NCBI GenBank assembly: GCA_944329365.1
Contig: CALVIC010000002.1
Location: 5,062 to 69,061, forward strand
Length of the DNA: 64,000 nt
Origin: an uncultured Bacilli bacterium
Lineage (GTDB): Bacteria > Bacillota_I > Bacilli_A > RF39 > UBA660
Reading direction: 5' to 3'
In this document: positions 8,659 to 18,994 of the stretch, one piece after another
Numbering within the stretch: position 1 is the stretch's first letter
How the letters are laid out: every line of letters starts with the position of its first letter
Program-made: the position numbers and the translations under genes
The notes under the pieces: generated by a model
The model's input: only the letters and a program-made list of their open reading frames with translations
Told to the model about the DNA's origin: nothing
Databases searched by the model: none

Positions 8659-9843
8659 ATGCAGGATAAAAGATCATTACGAAAAATATTTCATGATTTA
8701 GATAAGCCACTTCTCTTTGTTAGTATGGCTTTATTTATCTTTGGACTGTTAAACATTGTTACAGCCTCTTCAAGAGCCGCCGTAGTCAATTATGACGTAT
8801 CAATTTACTATTATTTTTATAGACAGCTTCTTTTTATCATGATTGGTCTTATTATGAGCCTAATAATAATAAAAATAGATACCAAATCCTATAAAATAAT
8901 CATTCCCGTGCTCTTCGTCGTCGTTATTGTTTTAAACCTAGTTGCCCTAACCGGAGAAGAACTCAGCGGTTCCAAAAACTGGATTGATTTAGGCTTTATC
9001 AAACTCCAACCAAGTGAATTTTCAAAACCGATAATCATCGTTCTAATGTCTATTATGTTTGAAAAATATTATCGAAAATTAAGAACTTTAGACAGTAAAA
9101 GATATAACGCCATTGGAATTATCCTCTTCCTATCTATGATAATTCCCACTCTTATCTTCCTGCAAAAAGATTTCGGAACCTTACTTATCACTTTGTTTAT
9201 CGTCGGTATGATGTTACTCGCAAGTCCAATTCTGAAAATTGATAAATTAAAATCATTTTTACTATTAATTGCCGTCATTGCACTTGCTGGTCTCATAATT
9301 TATAATGTTCAAGGATACATTTTAAACGATCAGAGAATCAGTCGTTTTAAAAGTTATTTAGATCCATGTGGCAACTACGAAAACGGAGGATATCAAGTTT
9401 GTAACAGTTATATTGCCATAAATAATGGTGGCTTATTTGGACTAGGAATCGGTAAAAGCAAACAAAAATATTCATATATTCCAGAACCTCACACCGACTC
9501 GGCATTTGCCATCATCGCCGAAGAATACGGAATATATCGCTGTATATTTATCTTTATCGGTTATATAATTGTTCTATGGCGAATCCTCGTTATCAGTTCC
9601 AAATCAAACACCCTACGTGGACGCTACATGTGTTTAGGCATCGCCTCCTACATCTTTGTGCATATATTTGTAAACTTAGGTGGAATGCTTGGATTAATAC
9701 CTCTAACAGGAGTTCCACTTCCATTCTTAAGTTATGGTGGTAGCTTCGTTATGTCCCTAATCGCCTCCCTTGCTATCGTTCAACGTATTAGTGTTGAATC
9801 AAAAAATCAAAAAGAAAAAATAAAAATTAAGCAAACTGCATAA
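8659..9843 (+). CDS. FtsW/RodA/SpoVE family peptidoglycan glycosyltransferase (SEDS)
   Basis: About 10 TM segments. Family motifs EPHTDSAFAIIAEEYG and PLTGVPLPFLSYGGS. Confidence 0.9.
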   Translation: MQDKRSLRKIFHDLDKPLLFVSMALFIFGLLNIVTASSRAAVVNYDVSIYYYFYRQLLFIMIGLIMSLIIIKIDTKSYKIIIPVLFVVVIVLNLVALTGEELSGSKNWIDLGFIKLQPSEFSKPIIIVLMSIMFEKYYRKLRTLDSKRYNAIGIILFLSMIIPTLIFLQKDFGTLLITLFIVGMMLLASPILKIDKLKSFLLLIAVIALAGLIIYNVQGYILNDQRISRFKSYLDPCGNYENGGYQVCNSYIAINNGGLFGLGIGKSKQKYSYIPEPHTDSAFAIIAEEYGIYRCIFIFIGYIIVLWRILVISSKSNTLRGRYMCLGIASYIFVHIFVNLGGMLGLIPLTGVPLPFLSYGGSFVMSLIASLAIVQRISVESKNQKEKIKIKQTA

Positions 9844-9857
9844 AAGTTTGTTTTTTT
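9832..9857 (+). terminator. rho-independent terminator after SEDS gene
   Basis: caaact / agtttg stem followed by T7. Confidence 0.5.
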
Positions 9858-9921
9858 ATTCTTTTTAAAAGGAAATCGGCCTTCGATGTACTATATATAT
9901 CTATGAAGGCAGGTGAAAATC

Positions 9922-10599
9922 ATGAATTTTTTAAAAAAACATAAAACTAAAATATTTATTTTAATCTTTATTTGCTTCACATTTTATTCGGTTTCCTCCG
10001 TAGTTACCGTCGAAGACGAAAAAGAAACAACCTCAAACGAAACCATAACAAAAAAAGAAGAAACAAAAAAAATACCTGAAGAAATTAAAGAAGAAAAAGT
10101 AATTGTTGATGTTAAAGGAGAAGTAACTACTCCTGGTGTCTATGAACTTTTATCCACTAATACTGTTATGGACGCCATAAATATGGCGGGCGGTCTTACC
10201 AAACAAAGCGATACCAGCAACATCAACCTAAGCAAAAAACTATCCGATGAAATGGTTATTATTATCTATAACTCAAGTGAAATCAAAGAAATGAAAAAAG
10301 CCAAAGAAGTAGTATGTCCACCATGCAATAACGCTTGTATAACCGAAGAAGATAAAACCGCAGAATTAAAAGATGAAAAAATAGAAACCGAAAACACTCA
10401 AACGACAAGTAAAATAAACATCAATACTGCGACTACAGAAGAACTTCAAGCACTAAGTGGAATAGGAGAGACCAAAGCTCAAGCTATCGTTGACTATCGC
10501 ACCCAAAACGGTAAATTTGAAGCAATTGAAGATTTAAAAAATGTCTCAGGCATCGGAGATAGCACATTTGAAAAAATTAAAGAAAACATCACCGTTTAA
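9922..10599 (+). CDS. comEA: competence protein ComEA (membrane-anchored DNA receptor, SLBB + helix-hairpin-helix)
   Basis: N-terminal TM; SLBB-like VDVKGEVTTPGVYEL; C-terminal HhH pair INTATTEELQALSGIGETKAQAIVDYR...LKNVSGIGDSTFEKIK. The track GTG9913 sits inside the AGGTGA Shine-Dalgarno, so ATG9922 is preferred. Confidence 0.85.
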   Translation: MNFLKKHKTKIFILIFICFTFYSVSSVVTVEDEKETTSNETITKKEETKKIPEEIKEEKVIVDVKGEVTTPGVYELLSTNTVMDAINMAGGLTKQSDTSNINLSKKLSDEMVIIIYNSSEIKEMKKAKEVVCPPCNNACITEEDKTAELKDEKIETENTQTTSKININTATTEELQALSGIGETKAQAIVDYRTQNGKFEAIEDLKNVSGIGDSTFEKIKENITV

Positions 10600-12628
10600 C
10601 ATCTTGTGTCTATCTCTTCTAGTTTTAAGCCTAATTTATTCAGTAATTAAAATTCAAACATACCCCTCAAGTAAATACGATAAAAACTCAAATACTGTAA
10701 GTGGCACCATAACCTCTTATCAAATAAAAGATGGGTATACCCAGATTCAAATAACGGGCACTGAGCCCCTAATCATTAACTATTCAGAGGAAAAGAAATT
10801 TAAATTAGGCCAGAAAATCAAAGCCCAAGGTGAATTTAAGATTCCAAAAGAAAATACTACCTGGAATCTTTTTAACTATCGAAAATACCTTTTAAGTTTA
10901 AATATCAAATATACTTTTAGCGCGGACAAAATAACCATTTTAAATAAAAAAATATCTTTACCATACCAAATCAAAAATAAAATAATATCCTATATAAACA
11001 CTTTTAAATCAAGCTCGCACCTTCACGCCTTAATCCTCGGAAACGACGATTATCTAGATGAAGCAACCAAAAACAGCTATCAAAAAAACGGAATTACTCA
11101 TTTGCTAGCTATATCCGGTATGAATATCACATTAATATCGACAATTATCCTAAAAATTATCAATTTCTTTATTAAAGATAAAACTGAATCTTATTTAATA
11201 GTCTTTCTCTTCTTGATATTTTATCTCTTTTTAACTGGACCTGTTCCCTCGATATTAAGAGCTATTTTTCTTTTTATTATTTTAACCGTCAATAAACAAT
11301 TAAATTTAAAAATAAAAACCATCTACTTACTAATATTACTCTTTAGTCTCTTTCTCTTTGTAAACCCGTATTATCTTTATAACCTAGGTTTTCTTCTCTC
11401 GTTTATCATCTCTTTTTATCTAATTATCTTTTCCAAATTAATATCTAAATTCCAAAACTTTCCAAAAGAATTATTTATTATAAATATTATTGCCTTTTTA
11501 GTAAGTATGCCTTTATTAATCAAAAACTTCTTCGAAATAAATCTTCTATCGCCTGTCATAAATTGTTTATTTACCCCGTTTGTATCTCTAATAATCTATC
11601 CGCTATCTCTTCTTACCTTGATTTTAAAACCTCTCGATAACACCTTATTTTACCTAATTGAGATAATGGAAAAATCATCTTTATTCTTCTCCAAAATAAA
11701 TAACCTTAACATAGTTTTATGTTCTCTTCCGATTATCTTTTATATTCTATACTATATTTTAATAACCTACATTTTAATTAAATGGAATAACGGAAAACCA
11801 CTATATACGCTTTTAGTAATCCCCATGCTTTTATTCCATCATAGCCTAAGTTATCTAAACCCTTATACAACGTTAACAATGATCGATGTTGGTCAAGGTG
11901 ACAGTATTTTGATCAAACTAAAACATAATAAAGGAAATATCTTAATCGATACTGGAGGCCAGTTAAATTATGATGATCAAAAACCATATGACCTTGCTTC
12001 AAACATCACTATTCCATATCTAAAATCAGAAGGAATATCAAAATTAGATTATCTTATCATTACTCACGGTGACTTTGACCACGCCGGAATGGCCGAAAAT
12101 CTTATAAATAATTTTAAAGTCAAAAGTGTCATAACAAGCACTTATTCAAATGAACTGATCAAAAACATCCAAAAACTTGCAAAAAGAAAAACAATCAAAT
12201 TTACGCAAACAAACACTAAAGTCATAACTATTTCTCAAAATAAGTTTACTTTCCTGAATGATTATCAAGCCAAAGACATTAACGATTCTAGTTTAATCAT
12301 ATATACAAACTTAGAAGGGGAGAATATATTATTAATGGGAGACGCCTCCCAAAACGTCGAAAACTATCTCCTTCGTACATATAATTTGCCAAAGATGAAT
12401 ATACTAAAAGTAGGTCATCATGGTTCCCGCACAAGTACAAGCTCAAAATTTGTAAATCAAATAAAACCCCAAATCAGTTTAATTTCGGCTGGTCAAAATA
12501 ATATTTATTCCCACCCTCATAAAGAGACACTTAAAACTTTAAAAGACAGTAAAGTTTTGATGACTAAAGATGATGGCTCGGTTAAAATAAACTTAACAAC
12601 CAAGGCCATCATTACATCCGTCCGCTAA
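10568..12628 (+). CDS. comEC: DNA internalisation competence protein ComEC/Rec2 (competence channel + metallo-beta-lactamase domain)
   Basis: Polytopic membrane core followed by MBL motifs MIDVGQGDSILI, THGDFDHAG and VGHHGS. The track start is ATG10541. I prefer TTG10568, which has GGAGA 7 nt upstream and gives MKKLKKTSPF; either start overlaps the comEA end. Confidence 0.88.
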   Translation: MKKLKKTSPFNILCLSLLVLSLIYSVIKIQTYPSSKYDKNSNTVSGTITSYQIKDGYTQIQITGTEPLIINYSEEKKFKLGQKIKAQGEFKIPKENTTWNLFNYRKYLLSLNIKYTFSADKITILNKKISLPYQIKNKIISYINTFKSSSHLHALILGNDDYLDEATKNSYQKNGITHLLAISGMNITLISTIILKIINFFIKDKTESYLIVFLFLIFYLFLTGPVPSILRAIFLFIILTVNKQLNLKIKTIYLLILLFSLFLFVNPYYLYNLGFLLSFIISFYLIIFSKLISKFQNFPKELFIINIIAFLVSMPLLIKNFFEINLLSPVINCLFTPFVSLIIYPLSLLTLILKPLDNTLFYLIEIMEKSSLFFSKINNLNIVLCSLPIIFYILYYILITYILIKWNNGKPLYTLLVIPMLLFHHSLSYLNPYTTLTMIDVGQGDSILIKLKHNKGNILIDTGGQLNYDDQKPYDLASNITIPYLKSEGISKLDYLIITHGDFDHAGMAENLINNFKVKSVITSTYSNELIKNIQKLAKRKTIKFTQTNTKVITISQNKFTFLNDYQAKDINDSSLIIYTNLEGENILLMGDASQNVENYLLRTYNLPKMNILKVGHHGSRTSTSSKFVNQIKPQISLISAGQNNIYSHPHKETLKTLKDSKVLMTKDDGSVKINLTTKAIITSVR

Positions 12629-12651
12629 TGCATTAGCGTTTTATATAGATG

Positions 12652-12672
12652 CCCACCATTTTGGTGGGTTTT
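12652..12672 (+). terminator. rho-independent terminator after comEC
   Basis: GC-rich stem cccacca-ttt-tggtggg followed by tttt. Confidence 0.75.
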
Positions 12673-12702
12673 AAATTTATTATGAAATATTTAAAAAAGT
12701 AA

Positions 12703-12731
12703 TTGACGAAACAAAAACAGAAGTCTATAAT
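12703..12731 (+). promoter_or_regulatory. sigma-A type promoter (TTGACG, 17-nt spacer, TATAAT)
   Basis: ttgacg at 12703-12708, tataat at 12726-12731, spacer exactly 17 nt. GGAGGA Shine-Dalgarno at 12745-12750 and ATG at 12757. Confidence 0.55.
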
Positions 12732-12756
12732 AGCCTGCAAGAACGGAGGAATCTAG

Positions 12757-13110
12757 ATGATGAAGCAAGATAATTTCCAATACGCTCTAATCCCAGTAAA
12801 TTTTTTAGAAATTAAAAAGCCAACAAAATATAAAGCTTTTTCCCTAAAAGCCAAAATTCTATTTAAATTATTTAAAAAATTTTCTTTTAAAAGTCTAAAA
12901 ATAAATAGTATTGCCGTCAAAATAGCTGAAGCAGATAAGCCTTACATCGAAGAAGTTCTAACTCAAAATAAAATAGGTCTTAATAAAAAATCAGGTTACA
13001 AAGTATATCTAACAAATGAAACAATATACCATCTTTGTACCCGCGAAGAAATATACAATGTCATAACCAATTTAAATTACCGAAGACAAATAAACGCTCT
13101 ATTTAATTAA
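12757..13110 (+). CDS. hypothetical protein (117 aa)
   Basis: ORF with its own near-consensus promoter and GGAGGA Shine-Dalgarno. No family recognised. Confidence 0.5.
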   Translation: MMKQDNFQYALIPVNFLEIKKPTKYKAFSLKAKILFKLFKKFSFKSLKINSIAVKIAEADKPYIEEVLTQNKIGLNKKSGYKVYLTNETIYHLCTREEIYNVITNLNYRRQINALFN

Positions 13111-13643
13111 ATAATATAAGTATTTATTCCAAACTTATGCTCATTTTTATCGAAAAACGCATCATTTATAAGTGGATAGTATGTTAAAAGCCCCGAAATA
13201 ATATAAATTATAATTATTCCTGATAAAGCTAAATAATTAAGCTTACCAAAATCTTTTATAAATATAAAATAATAGAATATAAATTGATTAAAAATGGAAA
13301 TCATAATTAAAAAAGCCAAAGTAAAAAATAAACTTGTACCAAATCCTAACATAATTGGCAAATAAAATATAACAAACAAGCAAACATCAATAAAAATAGT
13401 TATAAAAATACCTAAACATAAATTTTTGACATTTATCAAATTCTTCTCTAAAATAAAACACTGGATTAATAAACTTATTACAGTTCCGCTTATAATCATT
13501 TTTAGGCATTCAAATAAACTTGTACTTACTGGGAAGAAAACACTTGTTAAAAAACATGGAAAAGCATCATAAAGAAGAAAAGCCAAAGCAAAGCATAAAA
13601 AGAATATAAAAATTCCGATAGTCTTAATACTTCTTGACTTCAT
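13107..13643 (-). CDS. hypothetical polytopic membrane protein (178 aa, about 5 TM)
   Basis: Hydrophobic ORF convergent with the previous gene, with a 4-nt stop overlap. No family recognised. Confidence 0.5.
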   Translation of the reverse strand: MKSRSIKTIGIFIFFLCFALAFLLYDAFPCFLTSVFFPVSTSLFECLKMIISGTVISLLIQCFILEKNLINVKNLCLGIFITIFIDVCLFVIFYLPIMLGFGTSLFFTLAFLIMISIFNQFIFYYFIFIKDFGKLNYLALSGIIIIYIISGLLTYYPLINDAFFDKNEHKFGINTYII

Positions 13644-13773
13644 AAAATCACCTTTTTCTAACTATAATATTGGTAAAAATTCAAAAAAATATAATTTTTT
13701 TAATTTTTTTTCGAAAAAAAAAGGAAATTCGACTCGAATATTGTATATTTATATATAGAGGGGTATGGTATTC

Positions 13774-15495
13774 ATGAACACACTAACTCAAGAACAAATA
13801 AACGAAATTAGAAACAGCGTCAATATCGTCGACGTTATTTCATCGTATGTATCTCTCACTCCTAAAGGTAAAAACTATTTTGGTATTTGTCCATTCCATG
13901 ATGACAGTAACCCAAGTATGAGTGTTAGTCCAGAAAGACAAATATATAAGTGCTTCTCCTGTGGAGCAACGGGAACCGTTTTCAAATTCATTATGGACTT
14001 TGAAAATGTATCCTTCAAAGAAGCTGTCCAAAAAGTTGCCAATCTAGGTGGAATTAAAGTTAATTTAGGTAAAGTTAGAAGAGCTAAAACTTACCCAAAC
14101 CTTCATCAAATATACGACTTGAGTTTAAAATTTTACACCAACAATATTAATACCCCGCAAGGCAAAAAAGCTAAAGAATATCTCAAAAATAGAGATGTCG
14201 ATGAAAGTATCATCAAAGAATTCCAAATCGGCCTATCTCTCGAAAATGACCGTGACTTAGCAAAAATTCTTTTAAGTAAATTTAAACCCGAAGATGTTTT
14301 AGAAAGTGGACTCGTTAAAAAAAATGAATATGGCTATTTTGATTTGTTCTATAATCGTATAATGTTCCCCTTATATGATTTAAATGGTGAAGTTGTCGCT
14401 TATAGTGGGCGTATCTATGACCGTAAAGACAACTCAAAATACATTAACACCAGAGAAACCCCCATATTCAAAAAAGGTGAACTTCTATATAATTATCACC
14501 GGGCCAAAGAACCTGCAAGGCAAAAAAACCAAATCATCGTCGTCGAAGGATTTATGGCTGCCATTCGAACTTACATTAATGGTCTTCCAAATGTCGTTGC
14601 CACTATGGGAACGGCCGTTACTAATACCCAAGCCCATTTAATTAAAAGATTGGCCAAAGATGTAATAATTTGTTTTGATGGTGATGAAGCCGGAGCCAAA
14701 GGAACTCTATCATTTATCGATGAATTAACAGCACTTGGTGTAAATCCTAAAGTTGTAAGGCTTGAAGATGGTCTCGACCCCGATGATTACATCAGACAAA
14801 AAGGCAAGAATGCCTTTATAAACAAAATAAACCATCCACAAAGTTCCTTAGAATTCAAACTTTCGTATTTAAAAAAAGACAAAAATCTTGAAACCAGTGT
14901 CGATAAAGCCAGTTACATCAAAGAGGTAATTGCCGAAATAAATAAAATTGACGACGACATCTTAAGAGAAATAACCATTTCTAAAATAGCAGATGAAGCT
15001 AATATTGATAAAGATTTTCTAAAAAGTCATCTTACTGAAAAGCCTAAAAAACAAATAGAAACAAAAGTCACTCAAAACATCATCAAAAACAAATACGAAA
15101 AAGCTGAAGCGGCTTTGGTTTATCACATGTTAAAAAGTTCTGAGGTTATTAAAATGTATGATCGCAAAGTCACTTATATACCAAAAGCCGAATACCGTCT
15201 TCTAGCCAGAGAAATAAGTGAATTCTACAAGAAAAACGGTTATATAAATGAAGCAGACTTTCTCGACTATATCGAATATGACCCCGATATTATGGAAACA
15301 ATCAAAAAAATAAATCAAAACAATTATTCTGAAAAATACACAAATGAAGAAATCGAAGATTATATAAATGTCATTAAAGATTATAATATAAATAGCGAAG
15401 TAAAACGTTTAACTAAAAAAATGGATGCCGAAACAGATCCACTAAAACAAGCAGCCATTGCTCAAAAAATAATTGATTTAAGAAAAGGAGAGTAA
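13774..15495 (+). CDS. dnaG: DNA primase
   Basis: Zinc ribbon [13 protein letters not shown]...CFSCGATG; RNA polymerase core; [14 protein letters not shown]...[14 protein letters not shown]13774 is preferred over ATG13765 on Shine-Dalgarno spacing (AGAGGGG). Confidence 0.93.
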   Translation: MNTLTQEQINEIRNSVNIVDVISSYVSLTPKGKNYFGICPFHDDSNPSMSVSPERQIYKCFSCGATGTVFKFIMDFENVSFKEAVQKVANLGGIKVNLGKVRRAKTYPNLHQIYDLSLKFYTNNINTPQGKKAKEYLKNRDVDESIIKEFQIGLSLENDRDLAKILLSKFKPEDVLESGLVKKNEYGYFDLFYNRIMFPLYDLNGEVVAYSGRIYDRKDNSKYINTRETPIFKKGELLYNYHRAKEPARQKNQIIVVEGFMAAIRTYINGLPNVVATMGTAVTNTQAHLIKRLAKDVIICFDGDEAGAKGTLSFIDELTALGVNPKVVRLEDGLDPDDYIRQKGKNAFINKINHPQSSLEFKLSYLKKDKNLETSVDKASYIKEVIAEINKIDDDILREITISKIADEANIDKDFLKSHLTEKPKKQIETKVTQNIIKNKYEKAEAALVYHMLKSSEVIKMYDRKVTYIPKAEYRLLAREISEFYKKNGYINEADFLDYIEYDPDIMETIKKINQNNYSEKYTNEEIEDYINVIKDYNINSEVKRLTKKMDAETDPLKQAAIAQKIIDLRKGE

Positions 15496-15499
15496 AAAT

Positions 15500-16576
15500 A
15501 TGTTTGAAGAAATAAAAACATTTGAAGACAGAAAAAAAGAACTAATCGCTGAAGGTAAAAAAACCGGAACTATTACTTATGAAAAATTAGCCGAAAAATT
15601 AAAAGGATTAGATTTAGATGCGGATTCCTTAGACGATTTATACAACGCTCTAAGTGAAAATCACATCAAAGTCATCTCTGAAAACCCCGATGATGACGAA
15701 ACCGATACTACAAGTACAGATGCAGAACTTTTAAGCAAAGATTTAACAATCAACGATCCAGTTAGAATGTATCTAAAAGAAATCGGTCAAATTAAACTTT
15801 TAACAACCGAAGAAGAACTAGAATTAGCTGATCGTATCCAAGAAGGTGACGAGCAAGCTAAAGCTACTTTAGCTGAAGCTAACTTAAGACTAGTTGTTAG
15901 TATCGCCAAAAGATATGTTGGACGTGGAATGTTATTCTTAGACCTTATCCAAGAAGGAAACATTGGCTTAATGAAAGCCGTTGAAAAATTCGACGTTAGT
16001 AAAGGTTATAAATTTTCGACATATGCAACATGGTGGATAAGACAAGCCATCACTAGAGCTATTGCCGATCAAGCTCGTACAATTCGTGTTCCTGTACACA
16101 TGGTTGAAACAATCAATAAGTTAGCTCGTGTTGAAAGACAATTAACTCTTGAATTAAATAGAGAACCAACCGAAGAAGAATTATCTAAAAAAATGGGAAT
16201 CAGTGTCGATAAAATCAGAGATATTTACAAAATAAGTCAAGAACCAGTTAGTCTTGAAATCCCAATTGGTGAAGAAGATGATTCACACCTAGGCGACTTC
16301 ATTCCAGATGAAACAAACATGTCACCAGAAGACTTTGCTATCAATGAACTATTAAAAGATGAAATATCAGAAGTACTACTTACATTAACCGAAAGAGAAG
16401 AAAAAGTTATTAGATTAAGATTTGGCCTAGAAGATGGTCGTCCAAGAACTTTAGAAGAAGTTGGCCAACTATTTGGTGTAACACGTGAACGCATAAGACA
16501 AATTGAAGCCAAAGCCCTAAGAAAACTTCGTCATCCATCACGTAGTCGTAAATTAAAAGATTACTTAGGAGACTAA
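15500..16576 (+). CDS. sigA: primary RNA polymerase sigma factor (sigma-70/SigA)
   Basis: Region 2 [27 protein letters not shown] and region 4.2 [30 protein letters not shown]. Sits immediately after dnaG, as in the classical operon. Confidence 0.95.
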   Translation: MFEEIKTFEDRKKELIAEGKKTGTITYEKLAEKLKGLDLDADSLDDLYNALSENHIKVISENPDDDETDTTSTDAELLSKDLTINDPVRMYLKEIGQIKLLTTEEELELADRIQEGDEQAKATLAEANLRLVVSIAKRYVGRGMLFLDLIQEGNIGLMKAVEKFDVSKGYKFSTYATWWIRQAITRAIADQARTIRVPVHMVETINKLARVERQLTLELNREPTEEELSKKMGISVDKIRDIYKISQEPVSLEIPIGEEDDSHLGDFIPDETNMSPEDFAINELLKDEISEVLLTLTEREEKVIRLRFGLEDGRPRTLEEVGQLFGVTRERIRQIEAKALRKLRHPSRSRKLKDYLGD

Positions 16577-17026
16577 ATGAAATTAAGTAAAAGATTAAAA
16601 GCTATAAGCGATTTAATTCCAAACGACTCAAAAGTAATCGATGTCGGAGCTGATCACGCTTTACTAGATATTTACTTAAACAAATATAAAAATTGCTCAT
16701 GCCTAGCTACTGACATATCACCATATTGTACTGAAAAAGCCAAAGAAAACGCTATTAAGTACCAAGCCAATATAGAAACTTTGACAAACGATGGTCTAAC
16801 CGGTTTAAATCTAAATAACGAAATCATCGTTATCTCCGGCATGGGAACTAAAAATATAATAAAAATACTAAATTTTGATATTCATAATGACTTAATCATT
16901 TCAAGTCATACCAATATTGAAGATTTAAAAGAGTTTTTGTTAAACAAAAATTATAAAATCGAAAAAGAAATAACAGTAAATGATAAAAAAGACTATACTA
17001 TAATATATGCAAAAGCTAAGGGTTAA
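16577..17026 (+). CDS. trmK: tRNA (adenine22-N1)-methyltransferase TrmK-like, catalytic domain only (149 aa)
   Basis: N-terminus KLSKRLKAISDLIPNDSKVIDVGADHALLDIYL resembles B. subtilis YqfN/TrmK (KLSKRLQTVAEYIP...ADIGSDHAYLP, from memory). Same position after sigA. Lacks the roughly 70-aa C-terminal domain. Confidence 0.7.
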   Translation: MKLSKRLKAISDLIPNDSKVIDVGADHALLDIYLNKYKNCSCLATDISPYCTEKAKENAIKYQANIETLTNDGLTGLNLNNEIIVISGMGTKNIIKILNFDIHNDLIISSHTNIEDLKEFLLNKNYKIEKEITVNDKKDYTIIYAKAKG

Positions 17027-17039
17027 ACTCCTTGGCTTT

Positions 17040-17381
17040 TTATATAAAGAAAGTCGGACCAGAACTATTCACACTACTTGTTTGAATATAATCGTTTTGA
17101 GTATTATTATCGGGGCTACTTTCTACAATTCGATTACTTACATTCTCTTGCGTAGTCTCGGCCCGTTTAAATTCGTTCATCACTTGAAACATCGTTTTGG
17201 CATTTCTTACCATCGGTGCTGCTTGCTTAATAAGTGGAATAGCTTGATTTACTAAACCCAAAGTCCTTTGAGCTCCATTAAGTAAATTTCCCAAATTAAA
17301 GCCACCTCGTCCAAATAATCCCATAAGTCCACGTCCTGTGTTTACTGGCATAGTCATATAATAAGGATTATAAAAATTCAT
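17040..17381 (-). CDS. VrrA/YqfQ-like protein
   Basis: 113 aa. The Gly-rich GLMGLFGRGGFNLGNLLNGAQRTLGLVNQAIPLIKQAAPMVRN resembles B. subtilis YqfQ from memory, and the gene sits in the same sigA neighbourhood. Confidence 0.55.
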   Translation of the reverse strand: MNFYNPYYMTMPVNTGRGLMGLFGRGGFNLGNLLNGAQRTLGLVNQAIPLIKQAAPMVRNAKTMFQVMNEFKRAETTQENVSNRIVESSPDNNTQNDYIQTSSVNSSGPTFFI

Positions 17382-17492
17382 ATTAATGCCCCCTTCTAAA
17401 ATATTATATGTTTTTGTCCTAAAAAAGTTTTAAAATAATTATAAAATTATGTTATAATAAAAATAGTGTAAAAGAATAGGAAGGTGTCTATA

Positions 17493-18983
17493 ATGTTTCT
17501 AAAAATTTTAGTAACTCCATGTGTCTGGGTATATCATTTCTTTTTAGCATTAACAAAACCATTTAATAAAAAACACAAAATAGAAAAAATATCTGTCACT
17601 GACAGTCTAAACAATTTAGGGGAAAATATCATAAACGCTCCTGAAAAAGTCAAAAAAGTAAAAGAAAAAAAACGTAAAGATAACGTTTATAAAGGAAAAA
17701 TTCCACTTGAACCTTTAAAACTCAATTTCGACGGTGAAGACGCCAAAAAAAGTGACAAAAAATTAACTTATCAATATATAGCTAAAAATAGTGAAGGAAA
17801 AATGATCAAAGGTTACTTTGACGCCTTTTCCAAAGTCGAAGTTAATTCTTATTTAATCAACGAAGGTTATACCGTTTATGACATTCAAACTAATAAATGG
17901 ATTCAAATTATGTATGGTCAGCACGGAACAAGCAACATCAAAATAAAAACTAAAGACTTAATTTTCATGCTTGCCCAGTTATCTACTTACCTAAAAGCTG
18001 GAATACCATTAGCTGATTCCATTAAAATTTTAGTAAAACAATTTGAAAAGAAAAGTTATAAACTAGTTTTAAATAGTATAGCTTATGACCTAACAACCGG
18101 AAAAAATTTTAGTGAAGCCTTAGAAAAACAAGGAAAAGCCTTTCCATCAATTTTAATCAACATGATAAAAGCTTCCGAAATGACTGGTGAACTACCAGAA
18201 ACCTTAGATGACATGGAAGAATACTTTGCCGAAACTGAAGCAACACGTAAAGCCATGATTACAGCTATGATTTATCCAGTTATAATCTTAATAATCGCCC
18301 TAGGTGTTGGAACATTCATCATGTTATTCGTCGTCCCAAGATTCGTCGACATCTACAAAACAATGGATGGGGCAGATATTCCAGGAATTACTTTAGGCGT
18401 CCTCGCCCTAAGTGACTTCCTTCAAAAATATATTCTTTGGATATTACTTGGAATCGTTGTCATCTTATTAATATTTCTTTATTTATACAAAAATGTTAAA
18501 TCATTCAAAACAGGCGTTCAATGGTTAGTTATGCACACACCAGTCTTTGGTAACGTTGTTATCTATAACGAAGTTACAATGTTCTCCAAAACCTTCGCCT
18601 CATTACTTGCTCACAACGTTTTCATTACTGATAGTATGGAAATTTTAGATAAAGTAAGTAATAACGAAATATATAAACAACTAATCCATAATGCCATCAA
18701 TAACATAGCAAAAGGAAAATCAATATCAACCGCCTTCAAAGATCAATGGGCCTTCCCAATTCCAGCTTACGAAATGATTGTAACAGGTGAAAAAACAGGA
18801 CAATTACCAGAAATGATGAATAAAGTTGCTGCTTATTATCAAGATCTTCATAAAAACGCGGTTGCCAGAATCAAAACATTTATCGAACCAATCCTAATCA
18901 TTCTCTTAACAGTTATGGTTGGTGTCATCGTATTATCTATCGTTGTTCCAATGTTCAACATGTATAGTGCAATTCAAGCTTAG
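17493..18983 (+). CDS. type IV pilus/type II secretion platform protein (GspF/PilC family)
   Basis: Duplicated GspF modules (AGIPLADSIKIL...MIKASEMTGELPETLD and MIVTGEKTGQLPEMMNKVAAYY), 3 TM, and the PilC-type N-terminal YQYIAKNSEGKMIKGYFDA. ATG17493 is preferred (AGGAAGG Shine-Dalgarno). Confidence 0.85.
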   Translation: MFLKILVTPCVWVYHFFLALTKPFNKKHKIEKISVTDSLNNLGENIINAPEKVKKVKEKKRKDNVYKGKIPLEPLKLNFDGEDAKKSDKKLTYQYIAKNSEGKMIKGYFDAFSKVEVNSYLINEGYTVYDIQTNKWIQIMYGQHGTSNIKIKTKDLIFMLAQLSTYLKAGIPLADSIKILVKQFEKKSYKLVLNSIAYDLTTGKNFSEALEKQGKAFPSILINMIKASEMTGELPETLDDMEEYFAETEATRKAMITAMIYPVIILIIALGVGTFIMLFVVPRFVDIYKTMDGADIPGITLGVLALSDFLQKYILWILLGIVVILLIFLYLYKNVKSFKTGVQWLVMHTPVFGNVVIYNEVTMFSKTFASLLAHNVFITDSMEILDKVSNNEIYKQLIHNAINNIAKGKSISTAFKDQWAFPIPAYEMIVTGEKTGQLPEMMNKVAAYYQDLHKNAVARIKTFIEPILIILLTVMVGVIVLSIVVPMFNMYSAIQA

Positions 18984-18994
18984 GGGGGGTAAAT

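Noticed and set aside
10541-10599. 59-nt overlap of comEA and comEC, considered as a programmed frameshift or fusion.
   Set aside because: An in-frame TTG at 10568 with a GGAGA Shine-Dalgarno gives a normal ComEC N-terminus. Short overlaps are common in this window.
17007-17255. 82-aa plus-strand ORF overlapping the trmK end and the yqfQ-like gene.
   Set aside because: It is antisense to a gene with a recognisable YqfQ-like Gly-rich motif and a good Shine-Dalgarno. It has no signal of its own.
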